Below are positions 49,241-59,419 of a DNA stretch of 64,000 nt, in pieces. The position numbers and the translations under genes are program-made. Below the pieces are notes generated by a model. It saw only the letters and a program-made list of their open reading frames with translations, was not told where the DNA came from and ran no database searches. The DNA comes from an uncultured virus (IMG/VR IMGVR_UViG_3300028630_000295) (Duplodnaviria > Heunggongvirae > Uroviricota > Caudoviricetes), in the IMG/VR virus record IMGVR_UViG_3300028630_000295; one strand, written 5' to 3'. Positions within the stretch are counted from its first letter, which is position 1. Each line of letters starts with the position of its first letter.

Positions 49241-51421
49241 TTGAGATCTGTAGAATTTAAGAAAACAGGAATGCAAAATTTCTGTTGCTACACCGATCTA
49301 ATGGAATTTGAGTTTTCCAATGATAAAGTTATTTTGATAACTGGTCCCAATGGATCTGGCAAATCCACAATCTTTGACTCAATTCCATATACTTTCTATG
49401 GAACAAGTCCAAAGGGATTGAAGGGAGCAGATGTAATAAATAATACTGTGGGAAAAGATTGTTATACTTATGTTGAGTTCGATATTGATAATGACCATTA
49501 TAAGTGCGAACGATACTGTAAGTATAAGAAATTTGGAAACACAGCTATTCTTTACAAAAATGGAACTCAAATTAAAAAAGGTCATGAAGAAGTTGTAGCA
49601 GAAATTGAGAGAATTTTGCTTCCTCAAAAACTGTTTATGAATACTCTTTTATTCGGTCAAAAAGTTAAAACATTCTTTACAGATCTTACTGATTCTGAAC
49701 AAAAAGAAATTTTTAGAAGAGTGTTACAACTAGATGACTATCTCTTATATTATGATGAAACAAATAAGAGATTAAAAGGGTTAGAAGAAGATGTAACCAA
49801 GTTTACAAATCAGAGAAAAGTTCAAGAAGAACTTCTCGGAGAGATTCGCAAGCAAGTTGAGCAACTAAGATCTGATAGGGAAAATTTTTATTTAAAGAAA
49901 CAATCTAATTTAGAAGAGTTAAACAAAAATGTCTATGATCTCGGTCAAGAACTCACAACACAAATTGAAAAGTATTTAAAGTTTGGAGAATCTCTTGAGA
50001 CAGAAAGAGAAGAACTATTAGATAAACAAAGAGTATTGAAAAATGATCTTTCGTCTACTCAGGATAAATTGGAGAATGAAATTCTATCAATTAGAAATAA
50101 GAAAAAAGTAAAAGAAGCAGAACTAACTTCAGCAGCTACAGAAGCTAAATCTAAAGAATTACAAACCAAAAATAAGTTGATAGATGAACTTAAAGATTCT
50201 TTATATGAAAGAACACATTCATTAGAAGATGATGTTGTAGCAGCTAAAGTAGAGTTGAATAGACTTGATCTTGTTTCAAAAGTTAGTGCAAATAGAATTT
50301 CAACTCTTGAATCCGAACGAGATCCTTTAATAGCAGGTGTAGAAAACGAAACATGCCCACTATGCAAACAAAGTATTCAAAAACATACAGTTGAAGAAAT
50401 TAATTTCAGGATAACTGAAATAAACAACCAGATTGGTTTGTTAAAAGAAGACATTGAAAAGAGTAAAAAAGAAATTAGATCATTGATGACTAAAAAAGAT
50501 CAACTAACTGAGACTATTGAGTCAATTAAAAAAGAGATTTGTGATAAAATACGAAAAGTTGAGGAAGAGTATACAAATACAATTAATGGTTTAGTTTCTA
50601 GACTAAAAGAGAAACTTAGCCAATTAAATGATATCGAAACTAGATGGATTGAAAAAGCAAAGGTGGATTTCAAAGAAATAGTTGACGGTATAACATTATC
50701 ATTATCTGAGTTACAACCTAAAATTGAAAAGTTAAATGTAAAAATTACAAAGAAGCAAGAAATTTCAGAAATAATTAATCTAACAAAACTGAAAGTTAAA
50801 TCCACTTTGGAATCTATTGAAAAGATTGAAAAAACTGAGTATGATAGCACTTTGCTAGATTCTCAGATAAAAAAGGAAGAAGAGATTAAAGAAACAATTA
50901 AGTCTCTCATTGAATCTCTTTCTAGTGTTGAAGATAGATACAATGTTTTAAGACTTTGGAGAACAGGATTCTCAATGAGTGGAATTCCAAGTATGCTTAT
51001 TGATGAAGCAATTCCATTTATGAATCGAAGAATCATGGAATACTTGGATGTAATTGGAGGAAGATATATAGTATCATTTGATACATTGGGTGAGAATAAA
51101 TCCGGAGAAGTCAGAGATAAAATTACAATTAGAGTTTTAGATACAGTTACTAAAGCTAATATGAGAAAACAATTATCGGGTGGGCAGACTAGAATAGTTG
51201 ATATTGCAACTATTTTAACTCTATCAGATTTACAAAATATTATTCAAGATACAAAAATAAATATTATCTTATTGGATGAGATCTTTGATTCCTTGGATGA
51301 TAAAAATATATCATATGTATCAAATTTACTTAGATCTTTAGCAAAAGGAAAATCAATAAATATTATTAGTCACCGAGCAATTGACCAAATAGATTGTGAT
51401 GGTCAACTACAACTTTTCTAA
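49241..51421 (+). CDS. Rad50/SbcC (gp46-like) ATPase
   Basis: GPNGSGKS, Q-loop FGQ, coiled coil with CPLC hook, LSGGQ, LLDEIFDSLD, IISH. Confidence 0.93.
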   Translation: MRSVEFKKTGMQNFCCYTDLMEFEFSNDKVILITGPNGSGKSTIFDSIPYTFYGTSPKGLKGADVINNTVGKDCYTYVEFDIDNDHYKCERYCKYKKFGNTAILYKNGTQIKKGHEEVVAEIERILLPQKLFMNTLLFGQKVKTFFTDLTDSEQKEIFRRVLQLDDYLLYYDETNKRLKGLEEDVTKFTNQRKVQEELLGEIRKQVEQLRSDRENFYLKKQSNLEELNKNVYDLGQELTTQIEKYLKFGESLETEREELLDKQRVLKNDLSSTQDKLENEILSIRNKKKVKEAELTSAATEAKSKELQTKNKLIDELKDSLYERTHSLEDDVVAAKVELNRLDLVSKVSANRISTLESERDPLIAGVENETCPLCKQSIQKHTVEEINFRITEINNQIGLLKEDIEKSKKEIRSLMTKKDQLTETIESIKKEICDKIRKVEEEYTNTINGLVSRLKEKLSQLNDIETRWIEKAKVDFKEIVDGITLSLSELQPKIEKLNVKITKKQEISEIINLTKLKVKSTLESIEKIEKTEYDSTLLDSQIKKEEEIKETIKSLIESLSSVEDRYNVLRLWRTGFSMSGIPSMLIDEAIPFMNRRIMEYLDVIGGRYIVSFDTLGENKSGEVRDKITIRVLDTVTKANMRKQLSGGQTRIVDIATILTLSDLQNIIQDTKINIILLDEIFDSLDDKNISYVSNLLRSLAKGKSINIISHRAIDQIDCDGQLQLF

Positions 51422-51432
51422 GGAGAAACTAA

Positions 51433-51750
51433 ATGTCTGTACAGATTATTGTTTTAACATCAGGGGAAAAAATCATTGGAAATATTGAAAAGATTGATGA
51501 TGGAATAAACAACACTATGTTAGTTAAGAAACCTCTTGCTGTAAAGGAAATAGTAAGTGATGGCGGAATTGGATATTTACTTATTCCGTTTATTCCAATA
51601 AAAGCGGATAGTATTGTTGTTAGAACAGATAATGTAGCTGTTCTTCCAGTAGATGCTGATGCGAGAGTAGCTGACGAGTACCAAGCTCGAACATCAAGTT
51701 TAGTTCTACCAACATCAAATAAAATTGAAAAACCTGTTTTAGTAAAGTGA
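51433..51750 (+). CDS. Hypothetical Sm-like phage protein
   Basis: IIVLTSGEKIIG...VKKPL...LIPF. Confidence 0.55.
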   Translation: MSVQIIVLTSGEKIIGNIEKIDDGINNTMLVKKPLAVKEIVSDGGIGYLLIPFIPIKADSIVVRTDNVAVLPVDADARVADEYQARTSSLVLPTSNKIEKPVLVK

Positions 51751-51757
51751 GTGAAAA

Positions 51758-52147
51758 ATGAAAACTAAACTAGATTTTGTAACAAATAGTTCTAGCACAA
51801 GTTTTGTTATATGGGGAGTTGATAAGGATTGGGATGACGAATTTTTAGAGAGGGTTTGGAAGAATTTTGATGATAAGAAAAAAATGTCCCTTGAAAACTT
51901 TTTGAAATTAGATTGGTATGAAATAGCAGGTATCATTAGTAGTGTAGCATACAAAAAATATAAGCTACGGGCTGGAACACATGAAGATGGTGACAGTTCT
52001 ATGATTGGTATTAGTCCATTTGAAATGAAAGAAAATCAGACTTTAGCTGAGTTTAAAAAAGATCTTTGCAATTCACTTTCTGATTTTCTAGGTGAAGAAA
52101 TTACTCCAAATTCTCTACAGAAAATAGAAACAGAAATCCCACAATAA
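51758..52147 (+). CDS. FVTNSSS-leader family protein 4
   Basis: MKTKLDFVTNSSSTSFVIWG; C-terminal half similar to 34684 (IGxxPFExxxNxTxxEFK). Confidence 0.75.
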   Translation: MKTKLDFVTNSSSTSFVIWGVDKDWDDEFLERVWKNFDDKKKMSLENFLKLDWYEIAGIISSVAYKKYKLRAGTHEDGDSSMIGISPFEMKENQTLAEFKKDLCNSLSDFLGEEITPNSLQKIETEIPQ

Positions 52148-52157
52148 GGAGTATTTT

Positions 52158-53195
52158 GTGGATAAAGTTCAAATCGTTAGTTGGTTACTAACAAGAAAAT
52201 GCAATCTCCGTTGTTCATATTGTAGAATAATTAGAAATTATAAAGACCTTCCAGAAGAGTATCCATCAATTTCTCAGTACCACAGAAATGAAATGCCAAC
52301 CAAAATGGTTCTTGATGGATTATATGGATTTAAAATGCATAATCCAGACTCGTTCCATATTTTGTATGGAGGCGAACCACTTTTAAGAAAGGATCTTCCA
52401 GAAATAGTCCAGTTTTGTAATGATAATAATATTAATTATACAATCATTACAAATAATAGCGATGAAGTTCAACCAATGATAGAAAATCTTCTTACTTCTG
52501 TTAACTATGTAATTGGTTTAACATCTTCTGTGGATCCAATAATTTTTGATAAATCTGCAACCGGAGATAGAGTAGAAAAGAGTATAGCTGGACTTAAAAA
52601 GCTAACGGATTTCAAAGGGATAGTAAAGGATCTTGTAGCTGAAATAACAGTTGACAATGATACTTTGCCATTCCTTTACCCATTAGTTGAAAAGTTAACA
52701 GAACTTGATATCAATAGTGATATAACTTTTATTGACATTGCAAAAAGTAAATATTATGATTTCTCAAATGTTACAGATGAAAATCTTTTAGTTCAAAAAT
52801 CAGAAGCGGTTCAAAATGAACTTCAAAAGATTATTGATGCTAAATTGAATGTACATATGGCAAATGTACTTCTACCAAAAATGTATCTATCATTACCTTC
52901 TAATATGGATTGTAAAATTGAAAAAAATATTCACAACTTAACAATAGATTCAGATGGAACAATAAGATTATGTCTAAGAGTAAGAGGTGTAGATACACCA
53001 AATAAAATTAATATTGGAAATTTATTTGAGAAGAACTGGAACTTAAATCCAAATCTAAAACCGCAGTTAATTAAAGATAAATTACATTATTGTAGACTTT
53101 GTAATTGGAGTTGCCAGATTATGTCTCAGATTATTTCAGAAAATTCCAATATGTTGGGAAGTCTAGTTCATGAAAATAAAAGATCAAAAAATTAG
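52158..53195 (+). CDS. Radical SAM enzyme with SPASM/twitch-like C-terminus
   Basis: CNLRCSYC, GGEPLL, ITN; C-terminal C...IDSDGTIRLC...CRLCNWSC. Confidence 0.88.
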   Translation: MDKVQIVSWLLTRKCNLRCSYCRIIRNYKDLPEEYPSISQYHRNEMPTKMVLDGLYGFKMHNPDSFHILYGGEPLLRKDLPEIVQFCNDNNINYTIITNNSDEVQPMIENLLTSVNYVIGLTSSVDPIIFDKSATGDRVEKSIAGLKKLTDFKGIVKDLVAEITVDNDTLPFLYPLVEKLTELDINSDITFIDIAKSKYYDFSNVTDENLLVQKSEAVQNELQKIIDAKLNVHMANVLLPKMYLSLPSNMDCKIEKNIHNLTIDSDGTIRLCLRVRGVDTPNKINIGNLFEKNWNLNPNLKPQLIKDKLHYCRLCNWSCQIMSQIISENSNMLGSLVHENKRSKN

Positions 53196-53934
53196 GTGTA
53201 TAATATGTGGTAAATATTTTAGAAATAAAAGAGGTATTGCAACACATGTTTTTAAACATTCTGACAGATGTTTAAAAGGGTATATAATACTATATGGATT
53301 TAATAGGTGGACTTGGCCAGAAGAAACATTTTTAAATTTGAAACAATGTAAAGAATGTAGAGCACCATTAAAAGATGTAAGATCTAAAGAATTTTGTTCA
53401 TTTTGTAGATCAAATAATCATAATGTTATGAAAAATCCGGATATAGTTAAGAAAAATGTTGAAACAAATAAACCCTTGCGAAATACCAAAGAATATAAAA
53501 AAATGATATCCGATAGATCTATAAAAATGTATAAAGAAAATCCTCAGTTAAAAGAGAAGCAAAAGAAATATATGTTAAATGGTGGTGCTCTAAAGGCAAG
53601 AAAGGGAATTAAAAGTCCATCTAAACCACAGATGAAATTATTTTCAATGGTTAAAGAAATTTTTAATGACTCTATAATTAGTTATGATATATGTGGTACT
53701 ATTGATAGTAAAAAATTTCAGTTTGAGGTAGATATTGCAATACCAAAATATAAACTTGTTATAGAGTATGATGAACCATATTGGCATAAAGATAAAGATT
53801 GGGATGAAAAAAGACAAAAGAAAATAGAAGTTCTCGGATGGAAGTTTTTAAGATACTCAGAAATTCCATCCATAGAAAAACTCAAAACTGATATTTCAGA
53901 AAATATAGAGGATCTGGAAGTATGTCAGAACTAA
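53170..53934 (+). CDS. Homing-endonuclease-like protein (Zn fingers + DUF559/Vsr-type domain)
   Basis: C2H2 at the N-terminus; PSKPQ...VDIAIPKYKLVIEYDEPYWH...D..RQ..IE..GWKFLR. Confidence 0.7.
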   Translation: MKIKDQKIRCIICGKYFRNKRGIATHVFKHSDRCLKGYIILYGFNRWTWPEETFLNLKQCKECRAPLKDVRSKEFCSFCRSNNHNVMKNPDIVKKNVETNKPLRNTKEYKKMISDRSIKMYKENPQLKEKQKKYMLNGGALKARKGIKSPSKPQMKLFSMVKEIFNDSIISYDICGTIDSKKFQFEVDIAIPKYKLVIEYDEPYWHKDKDWDEKRQKKIEVLGWKFLRYSEIPSIEKLKTDISENIEDLEVCQN

Positions 53935-54233
53935 TAACATCAGCAATAGACTTCCTAAATAAAATCAAAGTTGAAAAAATGGTTGTTGTAAAGTTCAAGA
54001 AACTTGACGGAACTGAACGAACCATGAACTGTACATTGGACTTCTCAAAAATTCCAAGGGAGAAGCATCCGAAGGGTGTTGATTTAGCAAAAATTCTAAA
54101 ACTAATTAATAATAATCACATTCTAAGAGTTTATGATTTAGAAAAACAAGACTGGAGAAGTGTTCCGTTTGATAGAGTTGATTATCTAGTAACACCTTCT
54201 AATAAAAAATCTTATAGAATTAAGCTGAAATAG
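53922..54233 (+). CDS. WYL_2/DUF2693-like SH3-barrel protein
   Basis: VKFKKLDGTERTMNCTL...VYDLEKQDWRSV. Confidence 0.75.
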   Translation: MSELITSAIDFLNKIKVEKMVVVKFKKLDGTERTMNCTLDFSKIPREKHPKGVDLAKILKLINNNHILRVYDLEKQDWRSVPFDRVDYLVTPSNKKSYRIKLK

Positions 54234-54236
54234 GGG

Positions 54237-54575
54237 GTGTATATGGTAATATCTAAAAATATCATTGGAACAATTGATGTAGATACAAATTCAGGAACAA
54301 TTTGGATTAATGCACCAAATTGTATTCTTAGAGTTCAGGGATTAGATTTTGGTAGACGAGGAATAAGAGAAAAGTTTTCAATGATAGATATTAGTGGAAA
54401 CAAAGCATCTATGATTGAAGGGGATCTTGTTCTGGATGATAAATCTTTAGTTAGATTTATTCTTGATTTATTTAATTCTTTGTCATACAACGTTATGAAC
54501 GGAAAGATAAAAGATAAGAATAAATTTCTAGATGATTTATGTAAAGAAATAAACAGAAGGATTGATGAGCAATGA
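54237..54575 (+). CDS. Hypothetical protein
   Basis: Operon ORF. Confidence 0.55.
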   Translation: MYMVISKNIIGTIDVDTNSGTIWINAPNCILRVQGLDFGRRGIREKFSMIDISGNKASMIEGDLVLDDKSLVRFILDLFNSLSYNVMNGKIKDKNKFLDDLCKEINRRIDEQ

Positions 54576-54940
54576 CAATACTACAAAACCTTCTAAATGA
54601 ACTAAAAGGAGACTCAGAATCTAATATTGATGAGTCAGTGAAGAAAATTTGCGATACAATCTATGATGAAGAGAAAGGAAAATTTTTATATCCTACAAAG
54701 ATGCCAAAAGGTGCAAATGTTTTTCTGGCAATTGAATGTCAGGGAAGAGAACATGGAGAAGTTGGATATCTATGTTTAGAAAGAGATGCTCCAGGTACTT
54801 TTTTCGCTGGGTATTGGGCTGGTAATGCTAGTGGAGTCAATTCTCTTAAAAGAGTAAAAACATGGGATATTAGAGAAATAGAAGTTGAAAAAATAATGTT
54901 AGAATATGCAAAAATACTCAAGTATCTAGTTAGGGAGTAA
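54572..54940 (+). CDS. Hypothetical protein
   Basis: Operon ORF with ATGA overlap. Confidence 0.55.
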   Translation: MTILQNLLNELKGDSESNIDESVKKICDTIYDEEKGKFLYPTKMPKGANVFLAIECQGREHGEVGYLCLERDAPGTFFAGYWAGNASGVNSLKRVKTWDIREIEVEKIMLEYAKILKYLVRE

Positions 54941-54945
54941 CTCAA

Positions 54946-57534
54946 ATGAGTGAAAAGAAAGAAAAAGAAATAGAGTTTACTGATAGTTTTCGTGAATTAA
55001 TTATTTCTAAACGATTTGTATCATCAAATCAAACAGCCTGTGATGAAAAAGAAAAGATTTTTCTTCCCTATAAAAGAAAGAATCTTTTGAATCTAAATGA
55101 TTTCTTTGAAAGATTAATGAAAATGGTATCTATTAAGGGTACTATTCTTCCAAGAAATTGTAGATACGTAGATTCAAGAGATAATGGTTATAAAATTTTA
55201 GTAATTGAGGATCCTCCTGCTGTTAGAAATATTTTAGTTGACATGGATTTTGAAAATACAAAGGAGAGATTTAAAATTACAGGAAAAGATCAGATTGTTG
55301 AAGTTAAAGATTTAATTGGTGAGAAGAGACCATATAGAATGAATCTTTCTTTCCCGTATGTAGTATATATACTTATGTTTAATCATGAGAATAGATTTAG
55401 TAGAATGAAAGTTTTTTATAGATTATCTCCAATGAGTTCTGCTCATGATTATCTTCTTCTAGCAAACTTGCCAAATATTGGTGGTAGTCAAACGGTTTGC
55501 TTAGGGGATTTGCATCAGCAGTATAGTAACTTATCTGATGGAGCAAATCTAGTTATAGATTCATTTTGGTTTAACTCATTTAATACTGATTATATTACTA
55601 ACTATCAATCATACGCTAAAGAAGTTCCCGAGTTTAAAGATTTTGTTTCTTGGGCATACAACACAGTTGTTGATCCAATGTTTATCTTTAGTGTAAAGTA
55701 TTTTAAAAATGATAGAACTGTTGAACAAGAATGCAACCAATTTTTTAAGGAGCACTCACCACAAGCAGAAACAAATAATAACACAATTCACGATTTTTTA
55801 AACAGATTGCTTTCCCCATCCAAAGTTGTAGTAGATGGGAAATTATTAACTTCGAGAGCTGGAACTACTGAGTCATATTATTTTAAAGAGAAACCAGTAT
55901 CAATTGGAGATATCATTAATTATGATAAAAGTGATTATTATATCAATGATATTATTATAGATTCAAATACAGGTTTTCCAGCTTATTTTAGTCTTGAAGA
56001 TAAAGAAGGAAAATTAAAAACAATAGAAATTTCAAAAGTTAACCAATCTCAATTTGAGATTAAGTATCCTGTTATTGAATGTCTCCAGTTGGCTGATGGA
56101 AATGAAGTTAAAATTGGAGATGCTGTTGTATTGCAATATCCATTCAAAAAAGTAAGAACCATTGAAAAGATAAGAATGGGAAGAGATGGTAATCCAGAAG
56201 TATTGTTAAAAGGTGATACTGATTATTACCTTTTAGATAAAATTGGTGCCACAAAACTAGGGGATATTATTCCTCAGTTAAGTGGAATTAAACTTAACAA
56301 AGATGATGCATATATTCTGTATAGAAAGACAGACGATGTATTCAAATACTTTGCTAATGTAAAATATGATTCATATGAAATTTCTACCGAAGGTTATATT
56401 ATTTTAAAGTTTAATGAAACTAATATGCAAGCAGGTCAAAGTGCTAGAAAATGGAGAATCTATGATTCGTCTGTGGAGCATCATCAAGATGAATGGCAGT
56501 TGCATTTGAAGTCAGATGTTAAACTACTTGAAAACAGAACATTTAGGATTTTAAATAAGTTATATCAGAATAAGAATAAAGATATTTATTTAGTTAAAGA
56601 TGCTGTCATATTTGATGAAAGAAAATATGCAGGAGTAGTTCCAAGCTACAATCATGAAGAAGCAATTAATGACATTCTTACGGAAAAGGGAACCAGATTA
56701 TTTATTCCATCTTATGATGTAGATATTGATTTTTCTGTTGGAGATACAGTTATTGTAGCGGATTGGGATAATTTATATTGTATGGTAACCCCAAGAGTAA
56801 TTCATGCATTTATTTATGAAAATCAGTGCTTATTTGTTCTTACCATTGATCCCGATACAGGAGCAATGAGAAAAGATAAATATATTGATTTCAAAAATAA
56901 TATTGTCTATGTTGGTTCCATTAGAAAAATTGATTTGAATGTTAAAAATCTCGAAAATGGAACTCTAATTGTAGCGCAAGAAGCATGGATTCAGAACTTC
57001 CCTAAGAAAGATGTAAATAAAATTGTAGGTGTAATTACTGATACTATTACTCATCCACCTCTTGTTCTTTGCTCAAATGGGTTAACTATTTGGGCAGATG
57101 AATTAAATCAATTTAAATTGATTAAGAAAGGTGCAAGAGGATACAAGAGTCTGTTTGAAAAGATAGTTCCTGTTGTAAATCCAAAAGATTTGAAAGATCA
57201 ACTTGGGGATCTTTATATTCACACTGATTCTGGTAGTAAAGTTGATACTATTCTCTTCTCAAAAACAACACCTCAAGATTATGGTCACAAAGCATATACA
57301 TATCTGATAAGTACATCTTATATTCTTACCAGAAATGATTATAATGCTAGAAATTCTTTGAATCTTAATGCTACACCAGAAGCGTTTGAAAAATTTAAAG
57401 TTAAGAGATATGGAATTATAAGACCAAGATATTCTGAAAGAAGAAAAGCTGCAGAATCAATGATTAATGCTTATCCAAATCTTCTTGGTGGTCATATCAG
57501 TAGCATTAGACAATTTAGATTATACCAAAAGTGA
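54946..57534 (+). CDS. Prokaryotic E2 family D (PRTRC protein B-like) domain with long C-terminal extension
   Basis: LSFPYVVY...KVFYR...LLLANLPNIGGSQTVCLG...DSFWFNSFN; directly upstream of JAB, ThiF and Ubl genes. Confidence 0.65.
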   Translation: MSEKKEKEIEFTDSFRELIISKRFVSSNQTACDEKEKIFLPYKRKNLLNLNDFFERLMKMVSIKGTILPRNCRYVDSRDNGYKILVIEDPPAVRNILVDMDFENTKERFKITGKDQIVEVKDLIGEKRPYRMNLSFPYVVYILMFNHENRFSRMKVFYRLSPMSSAHDYLLLANLPNIGGSQTVCLGDLHQQYSNLSDGANLVIDSFWFNSFNTDYITNYQSYAKEVPEFKDFVSWAYNTVVDPMFIFSVKYFKNDRTVEQECNQFFKEHSPQAETNNNTIHDFLNRLLSPSKVVVDGKLLTSRAGTTESYYFKEKPVSIGDIINYDKSDYYINDIIIDSNTGFPAYFSLEDKEGKLKTIEISKVNQSQFEIKYPVIECLQLADGNEVKIGDAVVLQYPFKKVRTIEKIRMGRDGNPEVLLKGDTDYYLLDKIGATKLGDIIPQLSGIKLNKDDAYILYRKTDDVFKYFANVKYDSYEISTEGYIILKFNETNMQAGQSARKWRIYDSSVEHHQDEWQLHLKSDVKLLENRTFRILNKLYQNKNKDIYLVKDAVIFDERKYAGVVPSYNHEEAINDILTEKGTRLFIPSYDVDIDFSVGDTVIVADWDNLYCMVTPRVIHAFIYENQCLFVLTIDPDTGAMRKDKYIDFKNNIVYVGSIRKIDLNVKNLENGTLIVAQEAWIQNFPKKDVNKIVGVITDTITHPPLVLCSNGLTIWADELNQFKLIKKGARGYKSLFEKIVPVVNPKDLKDQLGDLYIHTDSGSKVDTILFSKTTPQDYGHKAYTYLISTSYILTRNDYNARNSLNLNATPEAFEKFKVKRYGIIRPRYSERRKAAESMINAYPNLLGGHISSIRQFRLYQK

Positions 57535-58712
57535 GGAAAATAATGTTTAATGTATATATCTATAATGAAGGAGATGAACTTCCGAAAGATGATGTTTGTT
57601 ATATTCTCACAAAAGACGGCATTCTTCTAAAAAAGAAGGTCGGATTGATGGAGAGTATTTCTAAGGTTGATAAAATTTCGATTCTTGGAGATTTAAAACC
57701 ACATGCAAAACTCCACATTGAAAAGATACCTGGTCCTGTGTTTGCTAAGATTTATAGTTTCTTTAAGGAAGTATATAAAGAGTTTTATTCGGAGTGTGTA
57801 GCTCTTTTATACTATAATCCAAAAACGAAGAAATATAAAACTTTCATTCCGAACCAGGAGGTTTCTGGAGCTAGTCTTGATTATGTTAAAGATAGAACAT
57901 TCAAAGATCATGTGTTGATGTGTTCTATTCATAGTCATGCTAGCATGAGTGCTTTCCATTCAGGAACGGATAGTGATGATGAAAAGAGCTTTGATGGTCT
58001 TCATATAACTCTTGGGAAGATGAATCAAGATGTTATTGATATCTCAGCTTCTATTGTTGCAAATGGAACCAGATTTATGGTTGATCCTCTTGACTATGTT
58101 CATAATCTGGATCTTGTTGAATTCTCATATTATAATCCAAATCAGTTTAAACCAGCATTTGTGGTTGTTGATGGTGAAAAACAATACACTAAAGATGTAA
58201 AAACACATCTTGGTTATGTAATTAATGGTGTATCTGATAAGGATAAGGAATTTGATAAGAATTGGATGAGATTTGTCAAGAAGAAAACATACTCATATAC
58301 ATATTCAAGATGGGTATGGGATAATGAGCAGAAAAAACTAATTGAAGTCAAAGAGGAGAGATCTGGTGGTGAAACAGTTGGATCTGTTCTGGAAGCTCAA
58401 AATCGTGCCCGTGGTGGTTATCCATATTATGGTGGTCATAGGGGACGAGAGGATTGGTGGACTGGTATAAACGAAAGACAAAGGTATAGAAATGATGAAC
58501 ATACATCTCCAAGATATGAAAAATATAATCCATGTAAGGATTGTATTTTTAGAGATCATAAACTGAGACAAGATGAAGTTAGCAAAGCACTAGAACCAGT
58601 TGCTGATAACTATAAGAGTAAAACTCCTGATCCTACTTTTAAAGAAATGGTAAATACAGATCAAGAACTCATGGAACTTTATGATGAATTTGGTCTGTAT
58701 AGATACTGGTAA
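57531..58712 (+). CDS. JAB/JAMM metalloprotease (Ubl deconjugase)
   Basis: Upstream Glu (YSECVALLYY) and canonical H-x-H-x7-S-x2-D (IHSHASMSAFHSGTD). Confidence 0.88.
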   Translation: MRKIMFNVYIYNEGDELPKDDVCYILTKDGILLKKKVGLMESISKVDKISILGDLKPHAKLHIEKIPGPVFAKIYSFFKEVYKEFYSECVALLYYNPKTKKYKTFIPNQEVSGASLDYVKDRTFKDHVLMCSIHSHASMSAFHSGTDSDDEKSFDGLHITLGKMNQDVIDISASIVANGTRFMVDPLDYVHNLDLVEFSYYNPNQFKPAFVVVDGEKQYTKDVKTHLGYVINGVSDKDKEFDKNWMRFVKKKTYSYTYSRWVWDNEQKKLIEVKEERSGGETVGSVLEAQNRARGGYPYYGGHRGREDWWTGINERQRYRNDEHTSPRYEKYNPCKDCIFRDHKLRQDEVSKALEPVADNYKSKTPDPTFKEMVNTDQELMELYDEFGLYRYW

Positions 58713-58725
58713 AATGGAGGAATTA

Positions 58726-59409
58726 ATGGAAAGACTTGTAATTATTGGTCTTGGAGGTATTGGTTCAATTTTAAGTGATAAATTATCTAGATTTGTAAAT
58801 TTCAAAAAAGATCAAGAAACTTGGATTACATTGATTGATGGTGATTATTTTGAGGAGAAGAATTTTGAAAGACAAGAATTCTTCAACCTTGGAAATAAAG
58901 CATCAGTCAAGGCAGCGGAATTGAGTTCAAGGTATGAGAAGATTAAGTATGATAATGTTCCATACTTTGTTGATGAAAATCTTTTACCAAGAGTGATGGG
59001 TGAGGGAGACACTGTTTTTCTCGCAGTTGATAATCATAAAACGAGAAAATTAGTCTCTGATTATGCTAAAAATTTAAAAGATATTACTATTATCTCTGGT
59101 GGTAACGATCTTATTGATGGGAACGTGCAAATCTATGTACGAAAAGGAGGTGAAGATTTAACTCCCAGTCTTACTGATTACCACCCAGAAATTGAAAACC
59201 CAGCAGACAAATTACCAAATGAAATGAGTTGTGAAGAGTTACAAAACTCTGAACCCCAACTATTCTTTACAAATTTAGGGGTTGCTACAATCATGTGTTG
59301 GTCCTATTACAATATTAAAAATAAAGACCTCACAAGTTCCGAAATTTATTTTGATATTAACAAAATGAGAGCACATTCTACTGCTAGAGAACCAAAAACT
59401 AAAAAGTAA
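58726..59409 (+). CDS. ThiF/E1-like Ubl-activating enzyme
   Basis: IIGLGGIGS, IDGD.FEEKNFERQ, NKA, AVDNHKTR, SGGN, candidate catalytic Cys in EMSCEE; start after GGAGG. Confidence 0.9.
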   Translation: MERLVIIGLGGIGSILSDKLSRFVNFKKDQETWITLIDGDYFEEKNFERQEFFNLGNKASVKAAELSSRYEKIKYDNVPYFVDENLLPRVMGEGDTVFLAVDNHKTRKLVSDYAKNLKDITIISGGNDLIDGNVQIYVRKGGEDLTPSLTDYHPEIENPADKLPNEMSCEELQNSEPQLFFTNLGVATIMCWSYYNIKNKDLTSSEIYFDINKMRAHSTAREPKTKK

Positions 59410-59419
59410 GGAGTTTGAA

